From NCBI GenBank assembly GCA_951406725.2, contig OX597830.1, forward strand, positions 65,100,001 to 65,164,000: DNA of 64,000 nt, written 5' to 3'. Under the pieces are notes generated by a model. The model saw only the letters and a list, made by a program, of their open reading frames with translations, ran no database searches and was not told the DNA's origin. Of the stretch, positions 1 through 13,258 are shown in pieces. Origin of the DNA: Octopus vulgaris. Taxonomy: Eukaryota. The first letter of the stretch is position 1; every line of letters starts with the position of its first letter. Both the position numbers and the translations under genes were made by a program.

Positions 1-329
1 TCTAGGTATTTGCCTATAAGTCCGTTTATGTGTTTATTGACAACATGTCCAATCCTTGAGTGTGTGTAAAATGCTCAGTGCACATATTAACACACACACA
101 CACACACACACATATTTACACGCACGCACACACCACTACCGGGATCTCTTTAATGGATAATGTATAAATGACAGTTACAGCGCAATCTTAACAAAAAAAG
201 GGCGTCATTACGCAAAGAAACGACATCACATGAGAGATATTGCACATCAAGAAACGCGGACGTATCAAGTCATATATTTAAACCCAACGAATTGTGAAAA
301 CATAAAAAGTGGCAGAAGGCAAATTGAAG

Positions 330-600
330 CAAGCAACACAACTTTACTTCATCTATTTGGAATATAAAAAAGAATAACACCACGATATTTTCGAACTACA
401 TATGACCTTTAAAAGAAAATATCACCAATGTTGACAGTACGAAGGTTTAACATAAATGGCATAAACATTATGAAGAGGAAAAGATGCATATTTTAAATGA
501 AAAACAAAACAATTGTGTAGCATAAACACTAAATCTGAACTCATCACAAAATGTCACCACTTCAACTATACTAATAAAAATTTTGGACTTGTACAGAATC
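330..600 (+). pseudogene. Decayed Penelope-like GIY-YIG endonuclease C-terminal remnant
   Basis: Frameshifted peptides NTTL-SSIWNIKKNN, EEKMHILN and INTKSELITKCHHFN resemble the PLE endonuclease motifs (S)TELSKYIWELK, EEKLHIL and LNKRSELISKCRH. Confidence 0.5.
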
Positions 601-699
601 ATTCAAAACCAAAAACAGGATACCATGCTACACTTGTAAAGAAATTTCGTTCTCAGTCGTCCGGATTACCATTCTCAAGTGTGGTCACCGCTGAGCGTC

Positions 700-1227
700 A
701 AATAAGTAGCAAAACTAGAGGCAACCAGCGCACTAGACAAAGCAGATTGACCCGGTGAAACAGATGAGCTGAAGAGGCTAAAGGAACTGGAGCTCTAATC
801 ACCAGAGAGAAGGCTTTGAAATATATGCAGTGATAAAGACTAACTCCAAACTTTGGAATTGAAAGCTATACTAAACCAACCACTGAACTAGATGGTACTG
901 TTTAGTACCAAAGATCCCGTCTTTTTGATCTCGAATAAGGACTCGGTATTGTAACGGCTTGAGTTTCAGGGGTCCACACCTATTCAATATTCTGCCAAAC
1001 AACCACAGAGATTTGCGAGTCGTAGATGCGGAGGTCTTGAAAGAGCGTCTGGACAATTTTTTATCAGAAATACGAAATAAACCCACATCGCAACAAGAAG
1101 CATAAAGAAGGGCAGCACTGTCCAACTGGCCACTTCCCCAAAAATTGTACAGAAAAGAAACCCAATCACACTGAAAGGTGATGCTCCAGTATGGCCCCAG
1201 ACTCTGACTGAAACCAATAAAAGATAA
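700..1227 (+). mobile_element. CR1-like LINE 3' fragment, decayed
   Basis: Peptides RLKELEL.SPERR and RYCNGLSFRGPHLFNILPNNHRDL..VLKERLDNFLSEIRNKP..RAALSN with stops; 3' tail aaaggtgatgctccagtatggcc...tgactgaaaccaataaaagataa. Confidence 0.7.
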
Positions 1228-1730
1228 CCACTAAACCACACATATCAAACAAACCCCAATGTTTCTAAATCAAGTTCTATTTCTCCTTGCTTTAATTGAA
1301 CATCTAGATAGCATATCCACATCCCCAGATCACCTATTTTTACTTGGTTCCACGACTTCACACCTGAATATTCCTATTTAAAGCCTTAAAGCAATTCATC
1401 CGTTTCCCTGTGAAAAAACAAAACAAAACAAAACAATGACCTTAACCAATTGGTAGCATTGTACTTATACAGATAATTAACATCGATTAATTACATACCA
1501 TTTCTGTAACTATTCTGATTTCTTCCCATTTTTCACTAAATCATCCCTGTTAATGCGTCAACTCTACTCACTATCGCCGCAACCGCCATATTTATCTCTT
1601 TCGCTATTTTTATAAAACTGTTCCTTCCAAAACATAATCGTAATAAAAGAAACAACCCGTGCATGTATATGGCCTCACAGACGAAGTGATGCCTGTCCCT
1701 AAAATCGGATTAACCAGAGCCGTTTAACTG

Positions 1731-2054
1731 ACACTCTGCCAGTTACGACGACAAGTGTTCCAGTTGATCCGTTCAACGGAACAGCCTGCTCGTGATATTA
1801 ACGTGCATGTGGCTGAGCACTCCACAGATACGCGTACCCTGAATGTAGTTCGCAAAGAGATTCAGCGTGACACAGAATGTAACAAGATTGGCCCTCTCAT
1901 ATACAGGTACAACTCAGATTTACCAGCTGATTGGACTGGAGCAACGTAAAATAAAACGTGTGGCTCGGGGACACATTACATTGCCGGGAATCGAACTCAC
2001 AACCTTGCGGTCGTAGACTGAATACCATAACCACTAAGCCACGCACCTTCATGC
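1731..2054 (-). mobile_element. SINE family C (tRNA-derived head)
   Basis: Reverse complement of gcgtggcttagtggtt...gagttcgattccc...; matches copies at 52553, 59324 and 63505. Confidence 0.85.
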
Positions 2055-2368
2055 GAATCCTCTAGATACTTTCTCAGCGACCTCTATCTTTTAATTGATG
2101 GCTCTTTTTCTGCTCATCCTCATAATACTCAGGGTACCATAGACCTTCTTCAGAGTACCCATTCTCTTCTTATTCTTGCAGTAAGTCTTCTCCAACCCTT
2201 TTGCACCTTCTCCATCCTCTCCTCCCAGTTTGCTGCAATAGGATTCGCTGCCTTGTTGCCTTGGAAACCAACATGATATTAAATAGCAGCAAGGTCAGAG
2301 TGCTATGCACATTCACATAGAGCACACATATTCAAACACACCACACATACCAAACACACCACACATAC

Positions 2369-2427
<59 letters not shown>

Positions 2428-2699
2428 GCGCGCGCTCCCACACAATCTTATATCGATAGAAGAGCGTTAGAATTATAAACGGGGTGGATTGCAGGCGCTC
2501 AGCTCCCAATAAAATTGGTTCATTTTTAGATTCGCTTCGAAAATTTGATTATGTACGAAAGGATTCATCTGGGACTAGCAGAATAAATATAACCAATTAT
2601 GGTTATATCATAGGTTGGGGGTTTGGTTTAGGGGTTTTTTTTGTGAGTGCAGCCGCAGAGTGTGAAGATTAAATAGAATATGGAAGAGAGAGACGAATA

Positions 2700-3055
<356 letters not shown>

Positions 3056-3220
3056 ACCGAGTTGTGCCGTCCTAAAATACATCTGCATATTTCGCTACTC
3101 CAAACTTGTATGTAGGTCTTTCATTTATATTTGGCATGTATAACAGTTGAAAATTATTTTCTATATGACTCTTGATAACTAATCAGATTGTAAATGAAAT
3201 TTGCATCTAAATGTAAATTG

Positions 3221-3315
3221 ATTGTGTCTGATGAATCTCTAATAGATGTCCTACATGTTTATTTTATATATATATCATGTAACTCATATTCGGAAATGAA
3301 ACACATGTAATGGTG
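3221..3315 (+). ncRNA. Hammerhead-ribozyme-like motif with long stem II
   Basis: CTGATGA at 3228-3234; stem II includes tacatg/catgta and aata/tatt; GAAA at 3298-3301; palindromic ACATGT then A (GUA site); stem I weak. Confidence 0.5.
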
Positions 3316-3371
3316 AATAAATAATACAAAATATTTTTCCAATCTCTTCATTTAGTATATATATATATATA

Positions 3372-4390
3372 TCACCTTGATCACCTTGACCAACCAGTCC
3401 GTCGGGTGTCCATTTGACAGCGCTGGTCACAGCACGCAGTCCACTCCTCTCTGGATCGCGCCTTTCTCATCCACGTAATCCCAATCGTCCTCCTGAAATC
3501 GTAACTCCACCGTCGTGGAGGCCTTCCGGGTGGTCGTTTCCGCTCCCGTGGATACCACTCGACAACTGCGCGGGTCTAGCCCATCTAAACTGGCTGCGTG
3601 TATACTCTGCGATGACAGCCCTCACGCCGGACTTCTTTCTGATGATCTCGCTACTGATGTGTTCTCTCAACGAGATTCCAAGCATTGACCTTTCCATGGC
3701 TCTTTGAGCCGTTACCAGTCTCTGCTCTTCTCTCTTTGTTGTAGCCCATGTTTCACTACCATATAACATTGCAGGTAGAACTGTACTGTTGATGAGGTTA
3801 GCGCGGGTGGTCCTGTCCAACCTTCTCTTGAGCTCATCCCTTATGCCATTAAACGCCTTCCATCCGGCTCTTACTCTCCGTGAGGTCTTTTCGCTATCTC
3901 GGCACATATTCACTTCCTGTCCCAGATAGACATATTCCTTTACCTCCTCTATTTCATTACTGCCGATCACCATTCGACCTGTTGGTACGTTGTCTGACCG
4001 CATGAACTTCGTTTTCATGCGGTTCATCTTGAGACCTACTGCAGAGCTTTTGATGCTGATCCGTGGTTTCAGTGATGATTACGATGTCGTCAGCGAAACG
4101 GAGGTGGGTGATGAGCTCGTCATTGATGTTGACACCGCCTTGCCAGTCGATGCCTCTGATGATCTGCTCGAGACATGCGGTGAAAAGTTTTGGGGAGATC
4201 GTATCTCCTTGCTTCACTCCCTTCTCGACCAGAACTCGTACGGGTGATGACAGCAGAGCTATGTCGGTGGTGCATCCGGAATTTGCCTCCCTGAGCAGTT
4301 GCACATATTGCGCCTCGACTCCTTGCTTCTGCAGCAATTTCAGCACTGCGTTGGTTTCGGCGCTATCGAAGGCCTCCTCATAGTCTATAT
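3372..4390 (-). mobile_element. 5'-truncated RTE-clade LINE (reverse transcriptase to 3' end), frameshifted
   Basis: ORFs 3957..4406 (IDYEEAFDS, GVKQGDTISPKLF, LRFADDIV) and 3467..4027 (EYVYLGQ, VLPAMLYGSETW, AQRAMERSMLG); tail ends (caaggtgat)2 next to (TA)n. Confidence 0.92.
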
Positions 4391-4393
4391 ATA

Positions 4394-4680
4394 TCACCGT
4401 GATCACCGAGACCGACGTCAGATGTTACTACACATCGCTGGTCACAATGCGCTTCGCATTGTTTTAGCCTTCAAATGACGCCACCCCGATGGCTAAGCGA
4501 GCAGGCCAACAGAAGAAAGAGTGAGAGAAAGTTGTGGTGAAAGAGTACAGCAGGGATCACCACCATCCCCTGCCGGAGCCTCGTGGAGCTTTAGGTGTTT
4601 TCGCTCAGTAAACACTCACAACGCCCGGTCTGGGAATCGAAACCGCGATCCTACAACCGCTAGTCCGCTGCCCTAACCAC
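4394..4680 (-). mobile_element. SINE family D (tRNA-derived head, RTE-like tail)
   Basis: Near-identical to the + copy at 18477-18770; B-box ggtttcgattccc. Confidence 0.85.
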
Positions 4681-4706
4681 TTCTTGAACACATCTTGTTT
4701 GTTGTT

Positions 4707-4752
4707 AACACAACGTTTCGGCTGATATACCCTCCAGCCTTCATCAGGTGCC
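4707..4752 (-). ncRNA. Minimal type I hammerhead ribozyme motif (intact core), inverted copy of the SINE E tail
   Basis: Reverse complement reads ggcac CTGATGA a ggctg-gagggtatat-cagcc GAAA CG TT gtgtt; stems I and II pair; stem III is the palindrome AACGTT. Confidence 0.7.
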
Positions 4753-5075
<323 letters not shown>

Positions 5076-5112
5076 ATGAACGTTTCAATGGTTTAAATAT
5101 AGAAGCGATAAC

Positions 5113-5352
5113 ATTGATCTCGGAATAATGTCACACACTGCATGACCTTGGTAGGGTTGGAAAAGTATTTTAAAAGATATGTGTCAGGATTTCTAGCCAA
5201 TGCTGCTCGGTCCGTTGAAGAGTTTCTCAAAGGACAAATTATACTGGAACCACTACTCTTTGTGGTAGCTCTTTTCAACATGTCTTCAGTCATATAGTCA
5301 GCTACTCTCACCCGTACGTTGTCTGTACAAAAAGTATCACAGACAGTCAAGA
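5113..5352 (+). pseudogene. CR1-like reverse transcriptase relic
   Basis: ILEPLLFVVALFNMSSVI*SATLT...KVSQTV resembles GTVLGPLLF..L.DMP...YADDTKV. Confidence 0.5.
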
Positions 5353-5374
5353 TCACTGGTGGTAATATAAACTT

Positions 5375-5520
5375 GTGGCTGTGTGTGGTAAGTAGCCACA
5401 TGGTTCCCGGTTCAGTCCCGCTTCGTGGCACCACGAACATATGTCTTCTACTATAGCCTCGGGCCGACCAAAAGCTTTGTGAGTGGATTTGGTAGATGGA
5501 AACAGAAAGAGGCCCGTTGA
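5375..5520 (+). mobile_element. SINE family A, 5' half
   Basis: gtggctgtgtg..gtaagtag..ggttcagtccc..gtgagtggatttggtaga. Confidence 0.8.
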
Positions 5521-5551
5521 ATATATATATGATAGATCGTTAGCTCCTACA

Positions 5552-5719
5552 CGCATTTTTTTCTCTCCTTGTTTTTTTTCTGTGTATCTTTTTGTCGAAG
5601 AGCGTAGGCTCGAAATGTAAAAGACTTTTCTATTTCTATTCCTGAGCGCTATACTAATACATTTGTTTGTTTGTACTCCACCTGCCTTCGTCTTTTGTTT
5701 ATTTTCGTAAACTTTCCCG

Positions 5720-5721
<2 letters not shown>
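5552..5721 (+). mobile_element. Short TA-associated element with degenerate hammerhead fold
   Basis: tcttt TTGTCGA a gagc-gtag-gctc GAAA TG TA aaaga at 5587-5624; relatives at 41195-41255, 47061-47130 (-) and 55400-55545. Confidence 0.55.
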
Positions 5722-5766
<45 letters not shown>

Positions 5767-6330
5767 TATATATATATATATATATATATATTGTGTGTGT
5801 GTGTGTGTGTGTGTGTGTCTGTGTGTGTCTGTGTGCGTCTGTGTGTCTCTGTGTGTGTATGCGTGTGTGTGTGTGTGAGACCAAAGTCTACGTACGCCGC
5901 TATATTTTCTTGGTTGGACTACTGTCCGTGCAACATCTATATTCCTTCCAGTGCTTGTTAAATCTTATGTCCATGCCGTAAGTCTTTACTTCCACACATG
6001 CCAGCTTAATCTAATTCGTCCTTAGTTGAAAGACACCTGTTGTTATGTCCTGCTATTTGTATTTGTGTAACATTTCTCTGTTTTATTCCGTCCTTGTTTT
6101 CGTATACATTCACTGCTTTCTTCCAAGGAATGTAATGCTCTTAGCTTATTTTTTCCTTGGGTCTGGGCAGATTGAAGCAATCTCGAGTATAACCAGCCGA
6201 AATTGCAAAGATAATCTGGAACTCGACTGAGGATAGAAAACTCCTAATGACCCGTCCTTGTTTTCTTTGTATCTTCTGTCTGGATGTTTTGCGTTCTTGT
6301 CCCATTTTTGTATTTTATATATATGTATAT

Positions 6331-6424
<94 letters not shown>

Positions 6425-6439
6425 GCATGTATGTATGTA

Positions 6440-6565
6440 TGAGACCGATAGAATAAGTACTAGGCACTAGGCATCCAATAAGTGCTGGGGTCGATTTGTT
6501 CGACAAAAGGCGGTGCTCCAGCATGGCCACAGTCAAATGACTGAAACAAGTAAAAGAATAAAAGA
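6440..6565 (+). mobile_element. SINE family A, 3' part
   Basis: gagaccgatagaataagtac...ggcggtgctccagcatggcc..tgactgaaacaagtaaaag. Confidence 0.8.
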
Positions 6566-6915
6566 CTAGAAGAATATACATTCGAACGCAATATACGAGT
6601 AGGCTGCAGAAAACAATAGACAGTCCGTTGCTGGCAATATGGAAGAAGACTGCGATCTGCCTAAAGGGGCAGATTGCAATCCTAATTCACAGGATCAGCC
6701 GGAATTGCAATCCCGGAAACGTAATTAGAATGTGATCTGGTAATCCACATCTGTGATAATAGGTCATTCTGAAGGTATGTTGCTTTGGTGCATGTATGTG
6801 CGTTTGTATGTAAGTGGGTAAATATTTCTGTGTGTGTATTTCTGTGTGCATGTGTATGTGTTTGTGAAGGTACATCTATATGTATGTATGCTCGTATGTA
6901 TGTATGCATGTATGC

Positions 6916-6954
<39 letters not shown>

Positions 6955-7493
6955 TGTGAGCGTATATGTTCGTGAGTATGTATATATGTATGTATATGTG
7001 GGCGCGCGCTTGTGTGTTTTGCTCTGAAATGGCAAAATACTGAAAACAGAATTACAAATCAGAATTATAGATTATAGATGTGTAAAGAGAACACAATTAA
7101 ACATAATCATTTAAATTTATTCGAATAATTATTTAAAACGAATCACGTGGCCTAGTGATAAAGATATCGTTCATGATCCTAAAGTCTCGTAGAGACATCT
7201 CTCCCTCTGCTGGGTGACGTATGTATCTATGATTAGTCGAGACTACACAAGCTCCTAAATCAATTAGTGAAGAATGGTACACGTCAGCAAGCTACACTCG
7301 CTCATGAGTGACGGCTGTTTGTACTTTTGTAGTCTTATCTCTGCCAGCAAATCGTTAATAAACAAACAAATTTAACTGTAGCTACTTAAGTATTGAGTGC
7401 TTTACTAAGTATGTTAAAGCTTTGTTCATACCAACAATCACACAGTAATATGTTCATTCACACACGCACATACGAACAAATACACGTGTGCGT

Positions 7494-7572
<79 letters not shown>

Positions 7573-7691
7573 TGTGTGTGTGAAGCCTACTTATCCTCAA
7601 TTAAGCAATACACAGATCCACACAAAAATCAATATACATCTCGATTGAATATAGGCCCACACACTTTATTATCTATCTATCTATCTATCTA

Positions 7692-7750
<59 letters not shown>

Positions 7751-8092
7751 TGAGAGAGAGACAGACAGACAGACAGACAGAGAGAGACAGAGAGAGAGAG
7801 ACAGAGAGAGTGTGTGAGAAAGGGAGAGAGAGATATAGATATAGATATAGATGAAAATAGGTTTATATAAATATTGCATTTTATTGGTTTTTGCTTTTCT
7901 GCTTCTATACGGATCGATCTTTCCAATCACACATCTTTTTCTCTCACTTTTATTCGTACTTTCCTTCTGCAGTCGTTCAATGATCTGGAAGTCTGTAAAT
8001 ACGTCTGGTTGCGCGACTTCGTAATGAAAGAAGCGGAGGAATATCAAGATATATTTGTTTTAAAAAAAGAATTATTTTAATAGTGTTAAGAA

Positions 8093-8525
8093 GACGGCGA
8101 TTTGGCAGAACTTTTAATCGCTTGATAAACAGATTAGAGGCATTTTTACCGTCCTTACGGTCTGAGTTCAGATTCCGCCGAGGTCAACTTTGATTTGCGT
8201 ACTATCAGAGTCAATGCGATAAGTACCAGTCAAATACTAGGGGCAATGAAATCGACTTCTCCCTCCCTCAAAAATTTCTTGCCCTATGTCTGATTTTGAA
8301 ACTATTGGTAAGGCAACGAACTGGTAGGATCATTAGCGTGCCGGAAAAAATACTGAGTAGCATTTCTTACGACTCTTCCCGTTTTGAGTTCAAATATCGT
8401 CGAAGCCAAATTTGCTTTTATTCTCCCGGGGTCGATAAGAAAAGTTATCAGTTTAACACTGGGGTTAATGTGGCCGATTTACCCCTCCCCTCAAAATTAT
8501 TGGTTTTGTGCCACTTATAGAAGTA
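8093..8525 (+). mobile_element. Two diverged tandem SINE family B copies
   Basis: ggcgatttggcagaa..tctgagttcagattccgccgaggtcaacttt at 8096; second unit from about 8309. Confidence 0.65.
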
Positions 8526-8924
8526 ATTATTTTAAGATGGTGTTGACAATGATGATAACGACGCCGATGATGATGACGATGAAAGTAATGGTGTAGATTT
8601 AAAAAATGAATAAGTACTGGGGTATATTTGTTTAACTAAACCCTTTAAGGGTGTGCTCCAGCATGGCAACAGTCGAACAACTTAAACAAGCGTAAAAAAG
8701 GCTATTTTTTTTCTGTTCTGCTTTCATTCATTTCACACGTTTGTTTTTATTTATTTATTAATTTTTGTAAATTTGGATTCCAATTAAATTGGACAATTAA
8801 TTACTCGTGTAGATAAATAAGTATAGATAGTTCTTTTTAAGATTAATAATTAATTAAAAAGACAGGCTTTACACAAAATTCCATCACCAATAATATATAT
8901 ACTAGTATAATGAATTTTCCCCCT

Positions 8925-9083
8925 GCTGTGTGGTAAGTAGCTTGCTAACCAACCACATGGTTCCGGGTTCAGTCCCACTGCGTGGCATCTTCGGCAAGTG
9001 TCTTCTGCTATAGCCCCGGGCCGACCAATGCCTTGTGAGTGGATTTGGTAGACGGAAACTGAAAGAAGCCTGTCGTATATATG

Positions 9084-9114
<31 letters not shown>

Positions 9115-9317
9115 GTGTGTGTCTGTGTTTGTCCCCCTAGCATTGCTTGACAACCGATGCTGGTGTGTTTACGTCCCCGTCACTTAGCGGTTCGGCAAAA
9201 AAGAGACCGATAGAATAAGTACTGGGCTTACAAAGAATAAGTCCCGGGGTCGATTTGCTCGACTAAAGGCGGTGCTCCAGCATAGCGGCAGTCAAATGAC
9301 TGAAACAAGTAAAAGAG
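8925..9317 (+). mobile_element. SINE family A, near full length, with internal (TA)/(TG) microsatellite
   Basis: tRNA-like head with B box gggttcagtccc; tail tgactgaaacaagtaaaagag; many copies in the window. Confidence 0.9.
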
Positions 9318-9728
9318 TTCCAGAACGCTTCACTTAGCAGTTCAGAAGGATGTCGGGGTACTCCATCTCTGGCCTCCACCAAGCAGGTAATCTTCTATTT
9401 ATCTTCCGTAAATTTGAGTGAACAGCTAAGCTTGCTATTGTTCTGAGCCACGGCGGCTTGGAAAAGATGAATGGTGAAAATAAGCAACTTTTATAAGCTA
9501 CCTGCTGCGTCGTACCCAAAACCGGGAGGGCATTGTAAATGCTTGTGAAGTGAAAGTTACCAAAGGTGGTTTGCATATGGGATGGTGCCAAGAGGAGGGG
9601 TATATATAGGAAGCTTAGCTACTCACTCAAATTTACGGAAGATAAGTGGAAGATTACCTGCTTGGTGGAGGCCAGAGATGGAGTACCCCGACATCCTTCT
9701 GAACTGCCAAGTGAAGCCTTCTGGAACT
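9316..9728. mobile_element. Foldback/MITE-like element with about 123-bp inverted arms
   Basis: 9316-9438 is the reverse complement of 9606-9728 with few mismatches. Confidence 0.8.
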
Positions 9729-9730
9729 AT

Positions 9731-9836
<106 letters not shown>

Positions 9837-9863
9837 TGTGTGTGTGTGTGTGTGTGTGTGTAG

Positions 9864-10068
9864 TCTTTTATTCTTTTATTTGTTTCAGTCATTTGACTGC
9901 GGCCATGCTGAGCACCGCAAGACTTGTTCTCTGTAAGCCTAGTACTTATTATATCGGTCGCGTTTGTCGAACCGCTAATGTTACGGGGACGTAAACACAC
10001 CGGCATCTGTTGTCAAGTGATGGTGGTGGTACAAACACAGACATACAAATATCTGTACACATACACAC

Positions 10069-10101
<33 letters not shown>

Positions 10102-10271
10102 AATTTACAACGGACTTCTTTCAATTTCCGTCTACGAAATATATTCACAAGGCTTTGGTCGGCCCGAGGCTATAGTAGAAGACACTTGCACAAGGTGCCA
10201 CGCAGTGGGACTGAACCCGGAACCATGTGGTTGGAAAGCAAGCTACTTACCATACAGCTAATCCTACGCCT
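9864..10271 (-). mobile_element. SINE family A
   Basis: Reverse complement of the family A consensus. Confidence 0.88.
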
Positions 10272-10294
10272 ATATATATATATATATATATATA

Positions 10295-10699
10295 CTCTTT
10301 CTCTTTACTCTTTTACTCTTTTACTTGTTTCAGTCATGACTGCGGCCATGCTGGAGCACCACCTTTAGTCGAGCAAATCGACCCCGCGACTTATTCTTTG
10401 TAAGCCCAGTACTTATTCTATCGGTCTCTTTTGCCGAACCGCTAAGTGACGGGGACGTAAACACACCAGCATCGGTGGTCAAGCAATGCTAAGGGGACAA
10501 ACACAAACACACACACACACATACATATATACATACATATATACGACAGGCTTCTTTCAGTTTCCGTCTACCAAATCCACTCACAAGGCATTGGTCGGCC
10601 CGGGGCTATAGCAGAAGACACTTGCCCAAGATGCCACGCAATGGGACTGAACCCGGAACCATGTGGTTGGTTAGCAAGCTACTTACCACACAGCCACTC
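10295..10699 (-). mobile_element. SINE family A
   Basis: Reverse complement, very similar to 8925-9317. Confidence 0.9.
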
Positions 10700-10729
10700 A
10701 TATATATATATTATTATTATCATTATTAT

Positions 10730-11360
10730 TCAGTAGTTTTATTTTTATAGCGTGCTTTCACTTCACTACCGAGCGCAGCTCTGTGTGCCTTGGGTATGTG
10801 CTGTGATTTGTTGTGATGCTCTGATGGTTATTGTATGGAAAGTGTTCTGCGTAGGATGTGTGCAGTGCCTAGTAGTACAATTTTCTGTATGTTATATGTG
10901 TTTGTAAGTCCTTGTGTTTTTGTTATGTATTTGTCTGAGTATTTTTTTATCATGCCTAATGCACCTACTATGATAGGAATTGTTTCTGTTTTCAGGTTCC
11001 ACATTCTAGTTATCTCTATTTCCAGGTCCTTGTATTTTGAAAGTTTCTCCATTTCTTTTAGAGACACGTTGTCATCTGCCGGTATTGATACATCAATTAG
11101 AATGCAATTTTTTTTTCATGATCTCTGACAACTATATCTGGTCTGTTGGCCTTAATTTCTCTATCTGTGTGTATCGGCATATCCCAGAGTATGGTTGCTT
11201 CCTCGTTTTCTGTGACCTTTTCTGGTGTGTGCCTATACCATCTTTTTTCTGTTGTTATTCCATAATGTTGGCATAGCTTCCAATGTATGTAGGTTCCAAC
11301 TTTGTCATGTCTGTGAATATATTCCTTCTTAGCCAGGACTGGGCAGCTTGAGATAATATG

Positions 11361-11365
<5 letters not shown>
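10730..11365 (-). mobile_element. R4/Dong-like non-LTR retrotransposon 3' fragment (end of CCHC knuckle + restriction-like endonuclease) in (TAA)n
   Basis: HIISSCPVLAKKEYIHRHD, ILWDMPIHTDREIKANRPDIVV, LIDVSIP, EKLSKYKDL, IPIIVGALG; both flanks are TAA repeats. Confidence 0.88.
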
Positions 11366-11417
<52 letters not shown>

Positions 11418-11974
11418 CATTATTATTATTATATATATATATATATAGGGGGGAGTAAAAAAATCAACGAATATATATATATATAAGTATATATGCATAT
11501 TAGCATATACACACAACAAACACACACACATATAAAGACATATATATCGTTTCGTTATTATTCAATATAATCAATCATGCACAATATTCTTACCCTATCA
11601 AAAAATACTTGATTAATTCTTATGCTCTGGGTAGGATTTCTTTAATAAAAGATGTTGAATATGGTTCCTCGGAATTCCATGAAAGAAAAATATTTTTTAC
11701 GGAATTCTGAGGAAGTGTTATAGAGTATATCCTTTACACGACGGAAAAATATGCCAATATTTGCCGCAATAATTACGATATTACGCAAAATTGATTACTA
11801 TGAAATAATAAGGAAACAATTGTAAATGAAGCATCAAAATTATTTGGTAATTCCATTCTTTGTTATTTGTCATAATTAACAATCTTTGTATGTTGCTGGA
11901 TTTTGACAGCCGATATCTGTAGATGTGTTTCATGAGTCAAATAACAGAGCTGTATGCTTCTACTTAAATAGAGG

Positions 11975-12330
<356 letters not shown>

Positions 12331-12339
12331 AAAAAGAGC

Positions 12340-12513
12340 ATACATACACACATACATACATACACACATACACACATTCATACATACATACATACATATA
12401 TACATACATACATACATACATACATACATACATACATACATACATACATACATACATACATACATACATACATACATACATACATACATACATACATACA
12501 TACATACATACAT

Positions 12514-12546
<33 letters not shown>

Positions 12547-12803
12547 TACATACATACATACATACATACATACATACATACATACATACATACATACATA
12601 CATACATACATACATACATGCATACACACATGCATACATACATACATACATACATACATACATACATTCATACATACACATATAAATACATACACACATA
12701 CACACATACATACATACATACACACATACATACATACATACATACATACATACATGCATGCATACATACATACATACATACATACATACATACATGCATA
12801 CAT

Positions 12804-12837
<34 letters not shown>

Positions 12838-12905
12838 GCATACATACATACACACATACATACATACATACATACATACATACATACATACATACATACA
12901 TACAT

Positions 12906-12945
<40 letters not shown>

Positions 12946-13070
12946 ACATACATACATACATACATACATACATACATACATACATACATACATACATACA
13001 TACATACATACATACATACATACATACATACATACAAACACTTATACATACATACGTACGTACGTACAGA
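12340..13070. repeat. Long (CATA)n microsatellite with CA interruptions
   Basis: Direct reading. Confidence 0.95.
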
Positions 13071-13074
13071 TTAC

Positions 13075-13222
13075 TCCACACAGCTGAGTACTCAGTTGAC
13101 GAAAATGGGTTGTACCTGTTTTTCAAAGGGCCAGTCTTGTCCCCCTCTGTATCACGCTGAATCTGCCTGAGAACTACATTAAGAGTAGACGTGTCTGTGG
13201 AATTTCACGAGCAAGCTGTTCG
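13075..13222 (+). mobile_element. SINE family C internal fragment
   Basis: caaagggccag..acgctgaatct.cctgagaactac.ttaag. Confidence 0.7.
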
Positions 13223-13258
13223 TAATCCACGAAAATTTACACGTATATCTATATTAAT

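Noticed and set aside
6205-6310. CTGAGGA / CTGAAGA motifs here and at 43003, and CTGACGA at 43615 (-)
   Set aside because: No convincing GAAA, stem III and NUH arrangement; possibly decayed relatives but not supportable
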